Assembly: GCA_038064875.1 (NCBI GenBank) | Contig: JBBTSC010000001.1 | Span: forward strand, 55,369 to 119,368 | Origin: Patescibacteria group bacterium | GTDB taxonomy: Bacteria > Patescibacteriota > Saccharimonadia > Saccharimonadales > 2-12-FULL-41-12 | Length of the DNA stretch: 64,000 nt | Direction of reading: 5' to 3' | Shown: positions 29,876-39,307 of the stretch, one piece after another | Layout of the letters: each line of letters opens with the position of its first letter | How positions within the stretch are numbered: the first letter of the stretch is position 1 | Translations under genes and position numbers: made by a program | Notes under the pieces: model-generated | The model's database searches: none | What the model was told of the DNA's origin: nothing | What the model saw: only the letters and a program-made list of their open reading frames with translations

Positions 29876-30743
29876 AAAGAAAAAAAGAGAGACAAGGAAT
29901 CCGCACCTAGGTGTAAGTGAGAACCAGGTCTATTCTTACCGTTCAGCCCGCAAAGACAACGAGAGGCAATTTGACAGAGATACCCAGCCAAAAAAGGAGT
30001 CCAAATTCTCTCAAAATCCTAATAGTCTCAGGCTAAAAAGAGTATTTCGCGTAGTATCAGCCCTGTTAATCCTAATGTTCATTATATTTCTAGTCTCTTA
30101 CGTTAAGTCTGTAGGCAAGCTGACGATAAGTGAAGGTAGTAATACAGCAAAACAACAGGGATATAAGGAAGTTATAGACGAACAGCTCAAATCTAATCCA
30201 ATAAACAAGAACTTTTGGCTGATTGATCAAAGTACCATAACTGAAAAATTGAAAGATAAATATCCAGAAGTACAGAGTGTATCGTATAGCTACTCCATAT
30301 TTGATCAGGTAATAAACATCAGAGTTATCATTAGTCAACCACTACTGGCTCTATCAAGTAATGGCAATACTTATCAGGTAGATAGTAGGGGGAGGGTAGT
30401 TGAAGAATCATATTCTGGCAATACACTGATAACGCTGATAGACGGAGATAATAGGGAATACAAGAAAGGTGATTTTGCCCTCGTGACTGCGAATTTGAAC
30501 TATATACACAACATTGTGGAGCAATCCAAGGCTAGATCGTTTGCAATAGAGAGAATGTCTATCGAGCATGGTGCTACAGAGCTATACGTTAAATATCTGA
30601 ACGATAAATACTTCGTAAAATATAGTCTACTGAATGATCCACGTCTTAGTTTTGGGACATATGTTGTTGCCAAGGAAAAGGCAGGGCAGACTCCCACAGA
30701 GTATATAGACGTAAGAGTTGTGGACCGCGCATACATAAAATAG
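29868..30743 (+). CDS. ftsQ: FtsQ/DivIB-like protein
   Basis: TM plus POTRA-like region; C-terminal EYIDVRV; dcw position. Confidence 0.75.
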   Translation: MFRKKKRETRNPHLGVSENQVYSYRSARKDNERQFDRDTQPKKESKFSQNPNSLRLKRVFRVVSALLILMFIIFLVSYVKSVGKLTISEGSNTAKQQGYKEVIDEQLKSNPINKNFWLIDQSTITEKLKDKYPEVQSVSYSYSIFDQVINIRVIISQPLLALSSNGNTYQVDSRGRVVEESYSGNTLITLIDGDNREYKKGDFALVTANLNYIHNIVEQSKARSFAIERMSIEHGATELYVKYLNDKYFVKYSLLNDPRLSFGTYVVAKEKAGQTPTEYIDVRVVDRAYIK

Positions 30744-30745
30744 TT

Positions 30746-30874
30746 TAAGGAGGGGGAGGGTCTTCGTGATCATCCACTTCCTAGATAGTAATAAATAATG
30801 AGCAAGCAGTTATTTATTACTTCGTAATATATTAATTTAGTATCAATGATAGAACCCCTGCTTCTCCCTTCTTA
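30746..30874 (+). repeat. ~130 nt hairpin directly after ftsQ (terminator or stabiliser candidate)
   Basis: TAAGGAGGGGGAGG pairs with CTTCTCCCTTCTTA using three G-U pairs on the + strand; inner stem AGTAATAAATAA/TTATTTATTACT. Confidence 0.6.
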
Positions 30875-31235
30875 TGTTCGTAATTTGTTCGTCATGTATT
30901 TTACTAAAATATATCCGGGGCAAAGTAAGTCGTGACTATTTTACGACCTGGTTTAAAAAAAGCTAAATATTGACGTAGAGCAGGGGAAACAAATATAAAA
31001 ATATAAAGCGAAAGAAAAAGCAAATTTACCTGTGGAAAACTATATAAAAGTATATTTTCATATAAAAAGCAAATAATTGCAAATGCCACTTCCGGGGGAG
31101 CACCGACTGGAAGGACTGTATAGTTCGGCACTAAACACTGGTGGTGCAGTCGGAATTTAGTAGAAAAATATCAGTAAGTCATCAAAACACTCCCCTGCAG
31201 GGAGGTAAGAGTAATCATTCTTACACTATAGTATA

Positions 31236-31263
31236 AGGTCGCAAAATATACATTGTGCGACAT
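31236..31263 (-). other. dif-like chromosome dimer resolution site
   Basis: Minus strand ATGTCGCACAA-TGTATA-TTTTGCGACCT aligns to E. coli dif GGTGCGCATAA-TGTATA-TTATGTTAAAT; located at the gene-orientation switch. Confidence 0.75.
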
Positions 31264-31482
31264 GATGTTTGTATGGCCAAGTGGCATGAACACCCATGTT
31301 CTCCACTGTTATTTATAGTAAAATTAATACAATTCTGCTTCTATAAATTTCACGTGTCACTACCTCTCCCTACTAGACCAAGGCTTAGAGAATAATACTC
31401 AGGCTAAGTGCATAGCCTATTTATATATACCCATAAAAATAATGTTCGTATTTTGTTCAATTTATTTGGCGAGTTTTGCTTA

Positions 31483-31728
31483 CTAGTAGTTTTCTCTGCT
31501 GGCTCTATCACCAAAACGAGTTCTTGGTAATCTTGATAATTCGGGGCTTGTGTCAACTGTCTGAGAAGGCGGTCTTTGTGTTCTTAGTTGTGGCAATAGT
31601 CTAGCGTGATCAATTACAGATTGGCGTTGTCTGTCAGGTTTATCTCCATTTGTTTGGTCTTCAGAAGCTACTTCGTTATCAGTAGTATCTTCAGGTATCT
31701 GTATGTTCTGAGACTCAATTCGTTTCAT
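31483..31728 (-). CDS. Small hypothetical protein
   Basis: 81 aa hydrophilic ORF downstream of the sigma/delta-like gene. Confidence 0.4.
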   Translation of the reverse strand: MKRIESQNIQIPEDTTDNEVASEDQTNGDKPDRQRQSVIDHARLLPQLRTQRPPSQTVDTSPELSRLPRTRFGDRASRENY

Positions 31729-31750
31729 TTTTTGGGAGGATCTATGTTCC

Positions 31751-32782
31751 CTAGGCTTCTTCGAGAGTGTATGTTGCCTTGGCGACTCTTTTGAACTTTG
31801 GCTTGCTCTGAAGATTTAGTAAAATAGTTGTCTCTTTAACAAATCGGTTCTTTAGGACTTCTTTAACGATTTCATCTCGGTGAAGTGGTTTTTCAGCTTT
31901 CCTCAAAATATCGGTGATAATATCTGATACAGTTCCACGAGAATATCCCCATTCTTTGAGGGCGTATAGTCCTCGACCGATCAAAACAAATCTCTTATCT
32001 TTGATAAGCTCATTGTGGATTGCCTGTGTTGTGACGTCTTTTCTCTTGAATTCTGAGCCTTTGATAGCGTCAGCAATTTCGTTGAAGTGCATGTGCTTTC
32101 CCTGCTCTTTTAGAATAACGTAGATTTTGTCACGAATATTTTTAGGATTAACAGTTGGCCATTTTACAAGTCCCCAGTGCCCATTAAGTGTTGCAAGATG
32201 CTTCGAAGTGCTTGAGAGTGCGGCGGTGTGTTTGTGGTCACTGTGCCCTACTGCCTCGGCAATTTTTTCTACAGGACGAGGTTTGCCAAATTCTTTAATA
32301 GAGGCAATAATTTTCTCGACGTTCTCTTCAACATATTTGGCTGGGCTATTCTTTTTAACAGTTACTGTTTGATGGAAATTATCATTGTCCCCCATCAAGA
32401 TAAGGTCTGGACTCATATCAGCTAAAAATGCTACTCGCGAGACAGTAAGTCGACTTGGTTTTTTCTCACCAGTTAAAGCTGAAGCTAGATCAAGAGTACG
32501 CATTACATATCCACTCTCACTTACCTTTTCAAGTAATGTATCTTGAGCTGTATTGACAGCAGAAATTTCGCCTTTTTGTGCCATTTCTTTAAGTTTGGCC
32601 ACAACAGATTTTTCAAGTTGTCTTACACGCTCACGAGTGATTCCAAGAAGTTCACCAATCTGTTCCAGAGTCTCTTTTCTCTCGAAAAGGCCGTATCGTC
32701 GAGCAATTATTTCACGCTCTCTCTCTTTGTCGATGACGCCCAGTATGGCGTTCATGTGCTTTTCGATGGTTTCTTCTCTCAT
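31751..32782 (-). CDS. Sigma-70 region 4 HTH fused to RpoE-delta/HARE-HTH domains; start uncertain
   Basis: TLEQIGELLGITRERVRQLE; IHNELIKDKRFVLIGRGLYALKEWGY. Confidence 0.85.
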   Translation of the reverse strand: MREETIEKHMNAILGVIDKEREREIIARRYGLFERKETLEQIGELLGITRERVRQLEKSVVAKLKEMAQKGEISAVNTAQDTLLEKVSESGYVMRTLDLASALTGEKKPSRLTVSRVAFLADMSPDLILMGDNDNFHQTVTVKKNSPAKYVEENVEKIIASIKEFGKPRPVEKIAEAVGHSDHKHTAALSSTSKHLATLNGHWGLVKWPTVNPKNIRDKIYVILKEQGKHMHFNEIADAIKGSEFKRKDVTTQAIHNELIKDKRFVLIGRGLYALKEWGYSRGTVSDIITDILRKAEKPLHRDEIVKEVLKNRFVKETTILLNLQSKPKFKRVAKATYTLEEA

Positions 32783-32939
32783 CTTTATTCCTTCTTTAAC
32801 TGTTTCCCCACCGGAACAATAAACTGATCTTACTATATCACCTATGCATTTATGTGTCAAATATTTTTATACTATTTTTCACCGTTTTTGCTATAACATT
32901 ATTTTAACACTATTTTCACTGTTAGCGCTAGTTTATTCT

Positions 32940-35395
32940 CTATTTTTTGAAACGTTTGCGCCGTGGTTTTGGAGTATAGTTCTGCAATATATCAAGAGCC
33001 TTTTGCTCATCAAGTGTCTCTGGGTCTGTGCTTTTAGGGACTGGTGCGTTCTTCTTACCATCTGTTACATACGGTCCATAAGGCCCTTTTAGCACAGAAA
33101 CTCCACCCTTGAACTCTTTGATTATCTTTTTGGAAGCTTCTTTAGCTTTTTCGGCGTTCAATGTAAGCGCTTCTTCTAGGGTTATTGAGAATGGGTCACG
33201 AGGTTTTATTGATATGAACTTCTTCCCTATTTGTATATATGGGCCGAATCTTCCAATATTAGCTTTTACTTCTTCGCCGTCATTTGTTTTGCCCAGGAGA
33301 CGAGGTAATTGGAACATGACTAAGGCTTCGTCTAGGGTTACACTGTCTATTGTCTTGCCTGCTGGCATGGGTGCGAAGTCAGGTTTTATAGATTTATCTT
33401 CGGTATCACCTCGTTGTAACATCGGTCCAAATCTTCCAAATCGAGCGTATATAGGCTTTTTATTTTTCGGATCCATACCTATCAGCTTTGCTTGAGAAGT
33501 TTCTTGCCTAGAAATAGAAGCGCTTGATTCTACAAGTGGGTGAAATTTTTTATAAAAATCGCCTATCATGTCTTGCCATTTTTCTTTTCCTTCAGCTATC
33601 AGGTCAAACTGCTCTTCTGATTTTGCTGTAAAGTTGTAGTCGACAACCATGTCAAAGTGCTTTTCCAGAAAGTCATTGACCATAGTCGCCAGATGCGTTG
33701 GGATCAGCTTATTTTTTTCCTGACCGAGAGTTGCTTCTTCCTTACTCTCTTTGATATTACCTGATGAATCTAGAGCTATGGTTAGTATTTGTTGTTTAGT
33801 GCCTTCAATGTCACCTTTTTCTACGTATCCCCTTGCTTGAATGGTTGATATCGTAGGCGCATACGTACTTGGTCTGCCAATGCCCAGTTCTTCCAGTTTT
33901 TTAACCAGACTTGGTTCTGTGTAACGAGCGGGTGCTTTCGTGTATGACTCTTTGGCTTCTGACAGTACTCTATCTACTTTGTCTCCTTCTTTCATTTCGG
34001 GTAGGATAACATCGTCTTTTCCTCGTCCTGAAATGGCAAGAAAACCGTCAAATTTTAATGTTTCGCCCTCAGCAACGAAAGAGTATTTTGAACCTGATGG
34101 CAAAATAGTTACTTTAGTTCTGTCCAGTGTTGCTTCGCTCATTTGTGAGGCTACAGCTCTCTGCCAAATCAGCTTGTAAAGCTTATTCTGTGATTCGTCC
34201 GAGGCTGGATTTTGATTGTTTATATCTGTTGGACGTATTGCTTCGTGAGCTTCTTGGGCGTTTTGGTTTTTGGTCTTGTATTGTCTAACCTTTATATATT
34301 CTTTCCCAAGATTTTTCTCTATATAGCTTGTTATTTTAGCTATGGCTTCACCAGATAAATTGGTACTGTCGGTACGCATGTAAGTTATGTGTCCGGATTC
34401 GTATAATCTCTGTGCTAGAGTCATTGTCTGCTTCACACTATATCCAAGACGATTTCCGGCTTCTTGTTGCAGGGTACTTGTGGTGAACGGAGCGCTTGGG
34501 TTACGTTTTCCTTCTTTTTTCTCGACTTTTGTCACTCTGCTTTCAGCTGACTTGATTGACTCAAAGAAATCTTTGACTGTCTGCTCGTCTTCAAGCTCTG
34601 TATCTAGTTTTGTCTCGAACTCTTCCCCGCCTTTGGCGAATGTGGAGATGACTTTAAATGATTTGTTTGAACTGTGGTCGTTGACTTCTTTTTCCTTGTC
34701 TACAATGAGTCTGACGGCTACTGACTGAACACGTCCAGCACTGAGTCCGGTTGCCACTTTTCTCCACAACACTGGTGAGAGCTCATAGCCCACGAGCCTA
34801 TCAAGCACTCGCCTTGCTTGCTGAGCGTTCACGAGGTCGATATCGACATTTCGTGGATTAGTGACTGCCTTTTCTATAGCAGGCTTTGTAATTTCGTGGA
34901 ACACGATTCTTTTAGTTGTTTTTGGGTCTAGACCAAGGGCGTGACAGAGGTGCCAAGCTATGGCCTCACCTTCACGGTCTTCATCGCTTGCGAGCCAAAC
35001 GTCGTCGGACTGCTTCGCTATTTTTTTCAGCTCAGTGATAATTTTCTTCTTATCAGGACTTATCTCATAGGTTGGTTCGTAGTTGTTGTCTTTGTCTATT
35101 CCAAGATTTTTTTTGGGCAAGTCGCGGATATGCCCAAAGCTACTCATAACTTTATAGTCTTTGCCTAAGAATTTTTCAATTGTTTTAGCCTTGGCCGGGC
35201 TCTCCACTATTACAAGATTCGACTTATTCAAAGTTATCCCTCGCTATGCCTATTCTCAGTGGCTAAAACTAATTTTTCTTCTCGCAATATAGCTTCAGCT
35301 ATATTTTGTTCAGATAAAATTTGTTTTATTCCCCTGATAATATAACCTATTTGAGTGATAACTTTGAATAAGTCGAATCGATTACTTTTTGTCAT
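32940..35395 (-). CDS. topA: DNA topoisomerase I; 5' end interrupted by a 164 bp element (ATG at 35395, alternative TTG start at 35231)
   Basis: LVIVESPAKAK, DEDREGE, SAGRVQS, ITYMRTDS, GIGRPSTY, C-terminal GRFGPY repeats. Confidence 0.95.
35216..35379. mobile_element. 164 bp palindromic element inside codon 6 of topA
   Basis: Perfect 23 bp terminal inverted repeat GATTCGACTTATTCAAAGTTATC; apex AATATAGC-TTCA-GCTATATT; GATT direct repeat at 35216 and 35380. Confidence 0.88.
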
Positions 35396-35411
35396 TGTGT
35401 TTTGGTAGTAT

Positions 35412-35575
35412 ATAGGACTTTCGTACTTTCTGCCAGTCCACTAGCTACAATAACTTGCCAAAAGCCTGCCACCTGTATTTCGACGAACGCCATAGCTACC
35501 TCTCAAGCCATGTGAGCAGTTTTTGCCTAAGTTCTTGTTAACTATTGAATTTGGCAGAAAGTACGAAAGTCCTAT
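35412..35575. mobile_element. 164 bp palindromic element between dprA and topA
   Basis: Perfect 24 bp terminal inverted repeat ATAGGACTTTCGTACTTTCTGCCA; imperfect inner pairing; apex GC-TATG-GC on the - strand. Confidence 0.85.
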
Positions 35576-35586
35576 TATGCTGGTTA

Positions 35587-36474
35587 TCAGAGAAGATGCC
35601 AAGTGAAATAGTCGTTACTTCTTACAACACCTTTGATTTCAAGCATTGTTAGAGTTTGTTGTACTTGCTCTGGGCCCAAGGTGCTGTGCTTAATAATTTG
35701 GTTGGTATCTTTGTGATTTTCTTTGATCAGTTGGATTACTTGTTTTTCAAGATCATCTGCTGGTTCGTATTCACTTCTGTCTATATTCTCTGTGGCGTCC
35801 AGCCCCATTATTGATAATATATCACCGACGTTAGTTACTAAATGCGCTCCTGCTTTGATCAAGTTGTTTGTTCCCTGACTCATTGGGCTATCTATTGGTC
35901 CTGGAATAGCCATGACAGGTATGCCAAGCTCTAGGGCGTGGTTGGCAGTTGATAGGCTTCCGCTCCTGATGGCTGCTTCTGTTATGAGTAGTGCATCGGA
36001 GATCCCGGCAATAATTCTGTTGCGGGCTAGGAAGTGGTGTTTCATCGGGCTTGAATTGCCATCGTACTCACTTATAAGGGCACTTTCAGGATTAGAGCTG
36101 ATAATCTGCCTTGCAAGGCTTGTGTGTGATCTGGGATATATACTACTGATTGAGCAAGGTAAAACTGCTATCGTTCTGCCCCCTGCTTCGACTGCCCCTC
36201 TATGACTGAGACTATCAACTCCCAGCGCTAAACCACTAACGATAGTGAGCCCTGCTTTTGCTAGATCGTATGATAATTTTTTTGTGACTGCGGAGCCGTA
36301 GCTACTCACCTTTCTTGAGCCGACAATAGCTATCCTAGGTCCAGAAAATATCTCTCTTGGATCTACTGACAAAGATTTGATATGGATACTTTTAACTGAC
36401 GGGTTTATATGCTCGAGGAGCCCAATACTAGAGACAGATTTTCCGCTAATGGTTATATAGTTATCTTTTTGCAT
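35587..36474 (-). CDS. dprA: DNA processing protein DprA
   Basis: IAIVGSR, IVSGLALGVD, RNRIIAG, SGSLSTA, GTNNLIK. Confidence 0.95.
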   Translation of the reverse strand: MQKDNYITISGKSVSSIGLLEHINPSVKSIHIKSLSVDPREIFSGPRIAIVGSRKVSSYGSAVTKKLSYDLAKAGLTIVSGLALGVDSLSHRGAVEAGGRTIAVLPCSISSIYPRSHTSLARQIISSNPESALISEYDGNSSPMKHHFLARNRIIAGISDALLITEAAIRSGSLSTANHALELGIPVMAIPGPIDSPMSQGTNNLIKAGAHLVTNVGDILSIMGLDATENIDRSEYEPADDLEKQVIQLIKENHKDTNQIIKHSTLGPEQVQQTLTMLEIKGVVRSNDYFTWHLL

Positions 36475-36498
36475 AATTTACAAATAAGTATTAAAGTA

Positions 36499-36527
36499 TT
36501 GACATAACGAAACATTTTTGCTAGAAT
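36499..36527 (+). promoter_or_regulatory. Strong sigma-70 promoter
   Basis: TTGACA-N17-TAGAAT with an extended TG. Confidence 0.8.
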
Positions 36528-36533
36528 AGCAAG

Positions 36534-36848
36534 CAGTAAGGTCCGAGTGGCCTTAAGTACATTTCATACCCCAATGTTAGATTGTTTTAGAGTATTAAAT
36601 TATGTTATTACCCTCTAATATATTTTATCACTTATCCTTCGGGATAATTGGCTCTAAAACAAACTAATCCCTTTAACCGCTATTTAAGTGAGTATGCAGT
36701 ACTCTGCCACGATTGCAGATGCGCGAATATCTATCTGCGAGACTGTATTCGACGCTTCACGGGTGGGTTGAAGGGTGGATTGGGCGCGACTCGTTCGTGC
36801 CCTGAAATAAGTCTTCAGCGGTGCCCACCCCCACTGAAGACTTTTTTT
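36534..36848 (+). ncRNA. Candidate structured non-coding RNA of unknown family
   Basis: Bounded by a promoter and an intrinsic terminator; at least six hairpins including a C-UUCG-G loop; no credible ORF. Confidence 0.6.
36809..36848 (+). terminator. Rho-independent terminator
   Basis: AAGTCTTCAGCGG/CCACTGAAGACTT stem followed by a T tract. Confidence 0.8.
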
Positions 36849-36875
36849 ATTGTCAAAATATGTTATGGTATTTAT

Positions 36876-37220
36876 ATGAGCCCCCAAGAGTCAACTGGAG
36901 AAATGATCTTTACTGATTTAGAGCAGTTAGTTATTGCTGGACTGCCACCATCCATGCCTATGAGTGAGGCCTGCTCAGCTCTTAAGCTTGTCACAACCTC
37001 TTTCACAGAGCATGCTTTAGCTTGGAAAGAGTCTGCTAGAAGTGGTCGTTCCACAATACGTGAACATAAAGCAGGAGCTAAAGTTGCGCGTCAGACAGCT
37101 AAAGATATTTGTAGGCTTTTGTCTGAAGAAGAGGTCTGCCAAATACTCGATGCTGAAGAGGTTAAGTACTATATGACAGCACCGGGTAGGCCGTACTTAA
37201 TAAGTCCAGCTGACGCTTAG
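36876..37220 (+). CDS. Hypothetical protein (MSPQEST...)
   Basis: ATG after the terminator; 114 aa. Confidence 0.5.
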   Translation: MSPQESTGEMIFTDLEQLVIAGLPPSMPMSEACSALKLVTTSFTEHALAWKESARSGRSTIREHKAGAKVARQTAKDICRLLSEEEVCQILDAEEVKYYMTAPGRPYLISPADA

Positions 37221-37858
37221 ATTAAAAAGTTGCGAGTGTCTTGAGGCAGGGAGCCTTCTGAATTTACAAAATCTTTAATAATTTCTGTAGTTGCCAGGGT
37301 AGCTTTGTCTAACTTATCTCGTTGCTCTTTAGAGAATTTTTGTAAAACAAAGTCGGCAGAATCAATTTGCTCAGGACTTTTTGGTCCGATACCAGCACGA
37401 ATTCGACCGAAATCTTCACCAATATGCTGAATAATAGATTTGAGTCCGTTATGCCCTGCACTGCCTCCGCCAGACCGTGTACGTATCAAACCAAAATCAA
37501 TATCTAGTTCGTCATGAATAACCACAATATCTTTATTCTCTAATTTATAGAAAGCTTTGATCTTCTGGACGGCTTCCCCACTGAGATTCATAAATGTTTG
37601 TGGCTTCACTAAAATTACTTTTTTGCCGTCAATGGAGACAGTTGCTATCTGACTTGAGAATTTAACATCGTTCTTCCATTTTGCCCTATGTCCTTTTGCC
37701 AACATATCGACACAGATAAAACCAAAGTTATGTCTGGTTAATTCGTATTTTTTACCGACGTTACCAAGGCCAATAACTAGAATTGTTCTATCGTTGCTAC
37801 TAATTTTATATAGTGAGGATAAAAAATTCGTCTGGGGCATTCTTTGTATTAGGCTCAT
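37217..37858 (-). CDS. pth: Peptidyl-tRNA hydrolase
   Basis: GLGN, TRHNFGF, KPQTFMNLSG, HDELD, GHNGLKS. Confidence 0.97.
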   Translation of the reverse strand: MSLIQRMPQTNFLSSLYKISSNDRTILVIGLGNVGKKYELTRHNFGFICVDMLAKGHRAKWKNDVKFSSQIATVSIDGKKVILVKPQTFMNLSGEAVQKIKAFYKLENKDIVVIHDELDIDFGLIRTRSGGGSAGHNGLKSIIQHIGEDFGRIRAGIGPKSPEQIDSADFVLQKFSKEQRDKLDKATLATTEIIKDFVNSEGSLPQDTRNFLI

Positions 37859-37878
37859 TAGACCTAGTATACCAAACT

Positions 37879-39240
37879 TTATTGATCAACTTTATCAACT
37901 GAGTCTTTGGGTGGTTTGTGTCGGTCTGTTCGTTCTATGAACCAAAATTTCGTTGCGGTTCCTTGAAATCCGAACTCTTCACGTAGGAGTCTTTCAAGAT
38001 ATCTTTTGTAGCTCCAGTGCAAGAATCCCGTGTGTGAGCCAAAAATTTTGAAGCTTGGGGTTGGGTTGCCTTCTTCTTGTACCATATAGTTTAGTTTTGG
38101 ATTTCTATTTTTAAGTCCAGCAGGCGGGTGTTTGTTGATGCACTTCGCAAGCCAGTTATTAAGGTCTCTTGTCTTAATGACTTTTGCTCTAGCTTGGTGG
38201 ATTTCCAGTACTAGATCAAATAATTTAGTGACGTTCTGACCCGAAACACTACTGGTAAAAATGAGCGGAGCCCAGGGTACAAAGTCGAAGGTGTGAGCAA
38301 TTTGTGGAGCAAGTGAATCCCTAGTGTAGGCGTCTTTGTCTATGGAATCCCATTTGCTCACTACAAGTACAAGGCCCTTTCCGGCTTCTTTAATCATGCC
38401 TGCTAGTTTTTGATCAAGTGCAGAATTAAGCTCGTTGGCATCCATTAGAAGCAAACAAATCTCAGACTGTTCAATAGCTGAGATTGAGCGAATAACGCTA
38501 AATTTTTCAATACCTGTTTCTATCTTGCCACTACGCCGGATACCTGCGGTGTCTATAAGCTCGATAGTTTTTTGATTGTATTTGATATCGAGCTTGTTGG
38601 CATCGCGAGTGGTCCCTGCCCTATCTGCTACGATAGCTTGTTGCTTTTTGGCGAGTGAATTAAAGAGTGCGCTTTTGCCTACGTTGGGTCGTCCAATAAG
38701 ACTAACAGTGATAGTGTTAGGGTCTTTGTCAAAAGTTTTCTTTGGAATTTCGCTGATTAATTTATCAAGTAGATCTCTGATTCCTCTGTTCTGACTGGCA
38801 GTTGTTAGGAATATATCTTTTATCCCAAGTTTTTTGTATAGCTCAGGTTCTGGCTTTTTGACCTTATCGATTTTATTTACGATGAGATAGACTTGTTTTT
38901 TACTCTTGAGGGCTAATTTAGCTACACGCCGGTCTTCTTCGCTGATGCCAGCATCTGCTTCGATAACTACCCAGATGATGTCTGCACTATCGGTTGCTTG
39001 CAGGATTTGTTCTTGGATTGTGAACTCAAAATCATCCTCAGCATCTTTCATACCAGCTGTATCTATCAGCCAAAAGCTATGATTGTTGTATTCAGATTTT
39101 GCCCAAACACTATCACGGGTGGTCCCTGCCTCTCGTGCAGTTATGGCTTCATTTTTTCGTAGCACAGAGTTAAATAGACTAGACTTGCCGACATTTGCAC
39201 GGCCCACGATAGCGATAATAGGTAAGGTTTTTGAACTCAT
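37879..39240 (-). CDS. der: Ribosome biogenesis GTPase Der
   Basis: Two G domains: GRANVGKSS and GRPNVGKSA, DTAG twice. Confidence 0.97.
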   Translation of the reverse strand: MSSKTLPIIAIVGRANVGKSSLFNSVLRKNEAITAREAGTTRDSVWAKSEYNNHSFWLIDTAGMKDAEDDFEFTIQEQILQATDSADIIWVVIEADAGISEEDRRVAKLALKSKKQVYLIVNKIDKVKKPEPELYKKLGIKDIFLTTASQNRGIRDLLDKLISEIPKKTFDKDPNTITVSLIGRPNVGKSALFNSLAKKQQAIVADRAGTTRDANKLDIKYNQKTIELIDTAGIRRSGKIETGIEKFSVIRSISAIEQSEICLLLMDANELNSALDQKLAGMIKEAGKGLVLVVSKWDSIDKDAYTRDSLAPQIAHTFDFVPWAPLIFTSSVSGQNVTKLFDLVLEIHQARAKVIKTRDLNNWLAKCINKHPPAGLKNRNPKLNYMVQEEGNPTPSFKIFGSHTGFLHWSYKRYLERLLREEFGFQGTATKFWFIERTDRHKPPKDSVDKVDQ

Positions 39241-39307
39241 TTACTACATTATAACCTCTGATGGACATCTTGACAAGTAAAAAAATTTGTTCTAAAATAA
39301 TAAAATT

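Noticed and set aside
30776-30803. ACTTCCTAGAT resembling the left arm of Bacillus dif
   Set aside because: No matching spacer or right arm; the site at 31236 fits far better
30904-31131. 75 aa minus-strand ORF near dif
   Set aside because: GTG start, no RBS, and F/I/L composition explained by AT-rich DNA; cannot be supported
36584-36660. GTTTTAGAG / GCTCTAAAAC resembling the start of a type II-A CRISPR repeat
   Set aside because: Only 9-10 nt, present as an inverted pair forming one stem; no direct-repeat array, spacers or cas genes in the window
36648-36875. N-terminal part of the 190 aa ORF 36648..37220
   Set aside because: TTG start inside a stem, and the frame crosses an intrinsic terminator; ATG 36876 is more plausible
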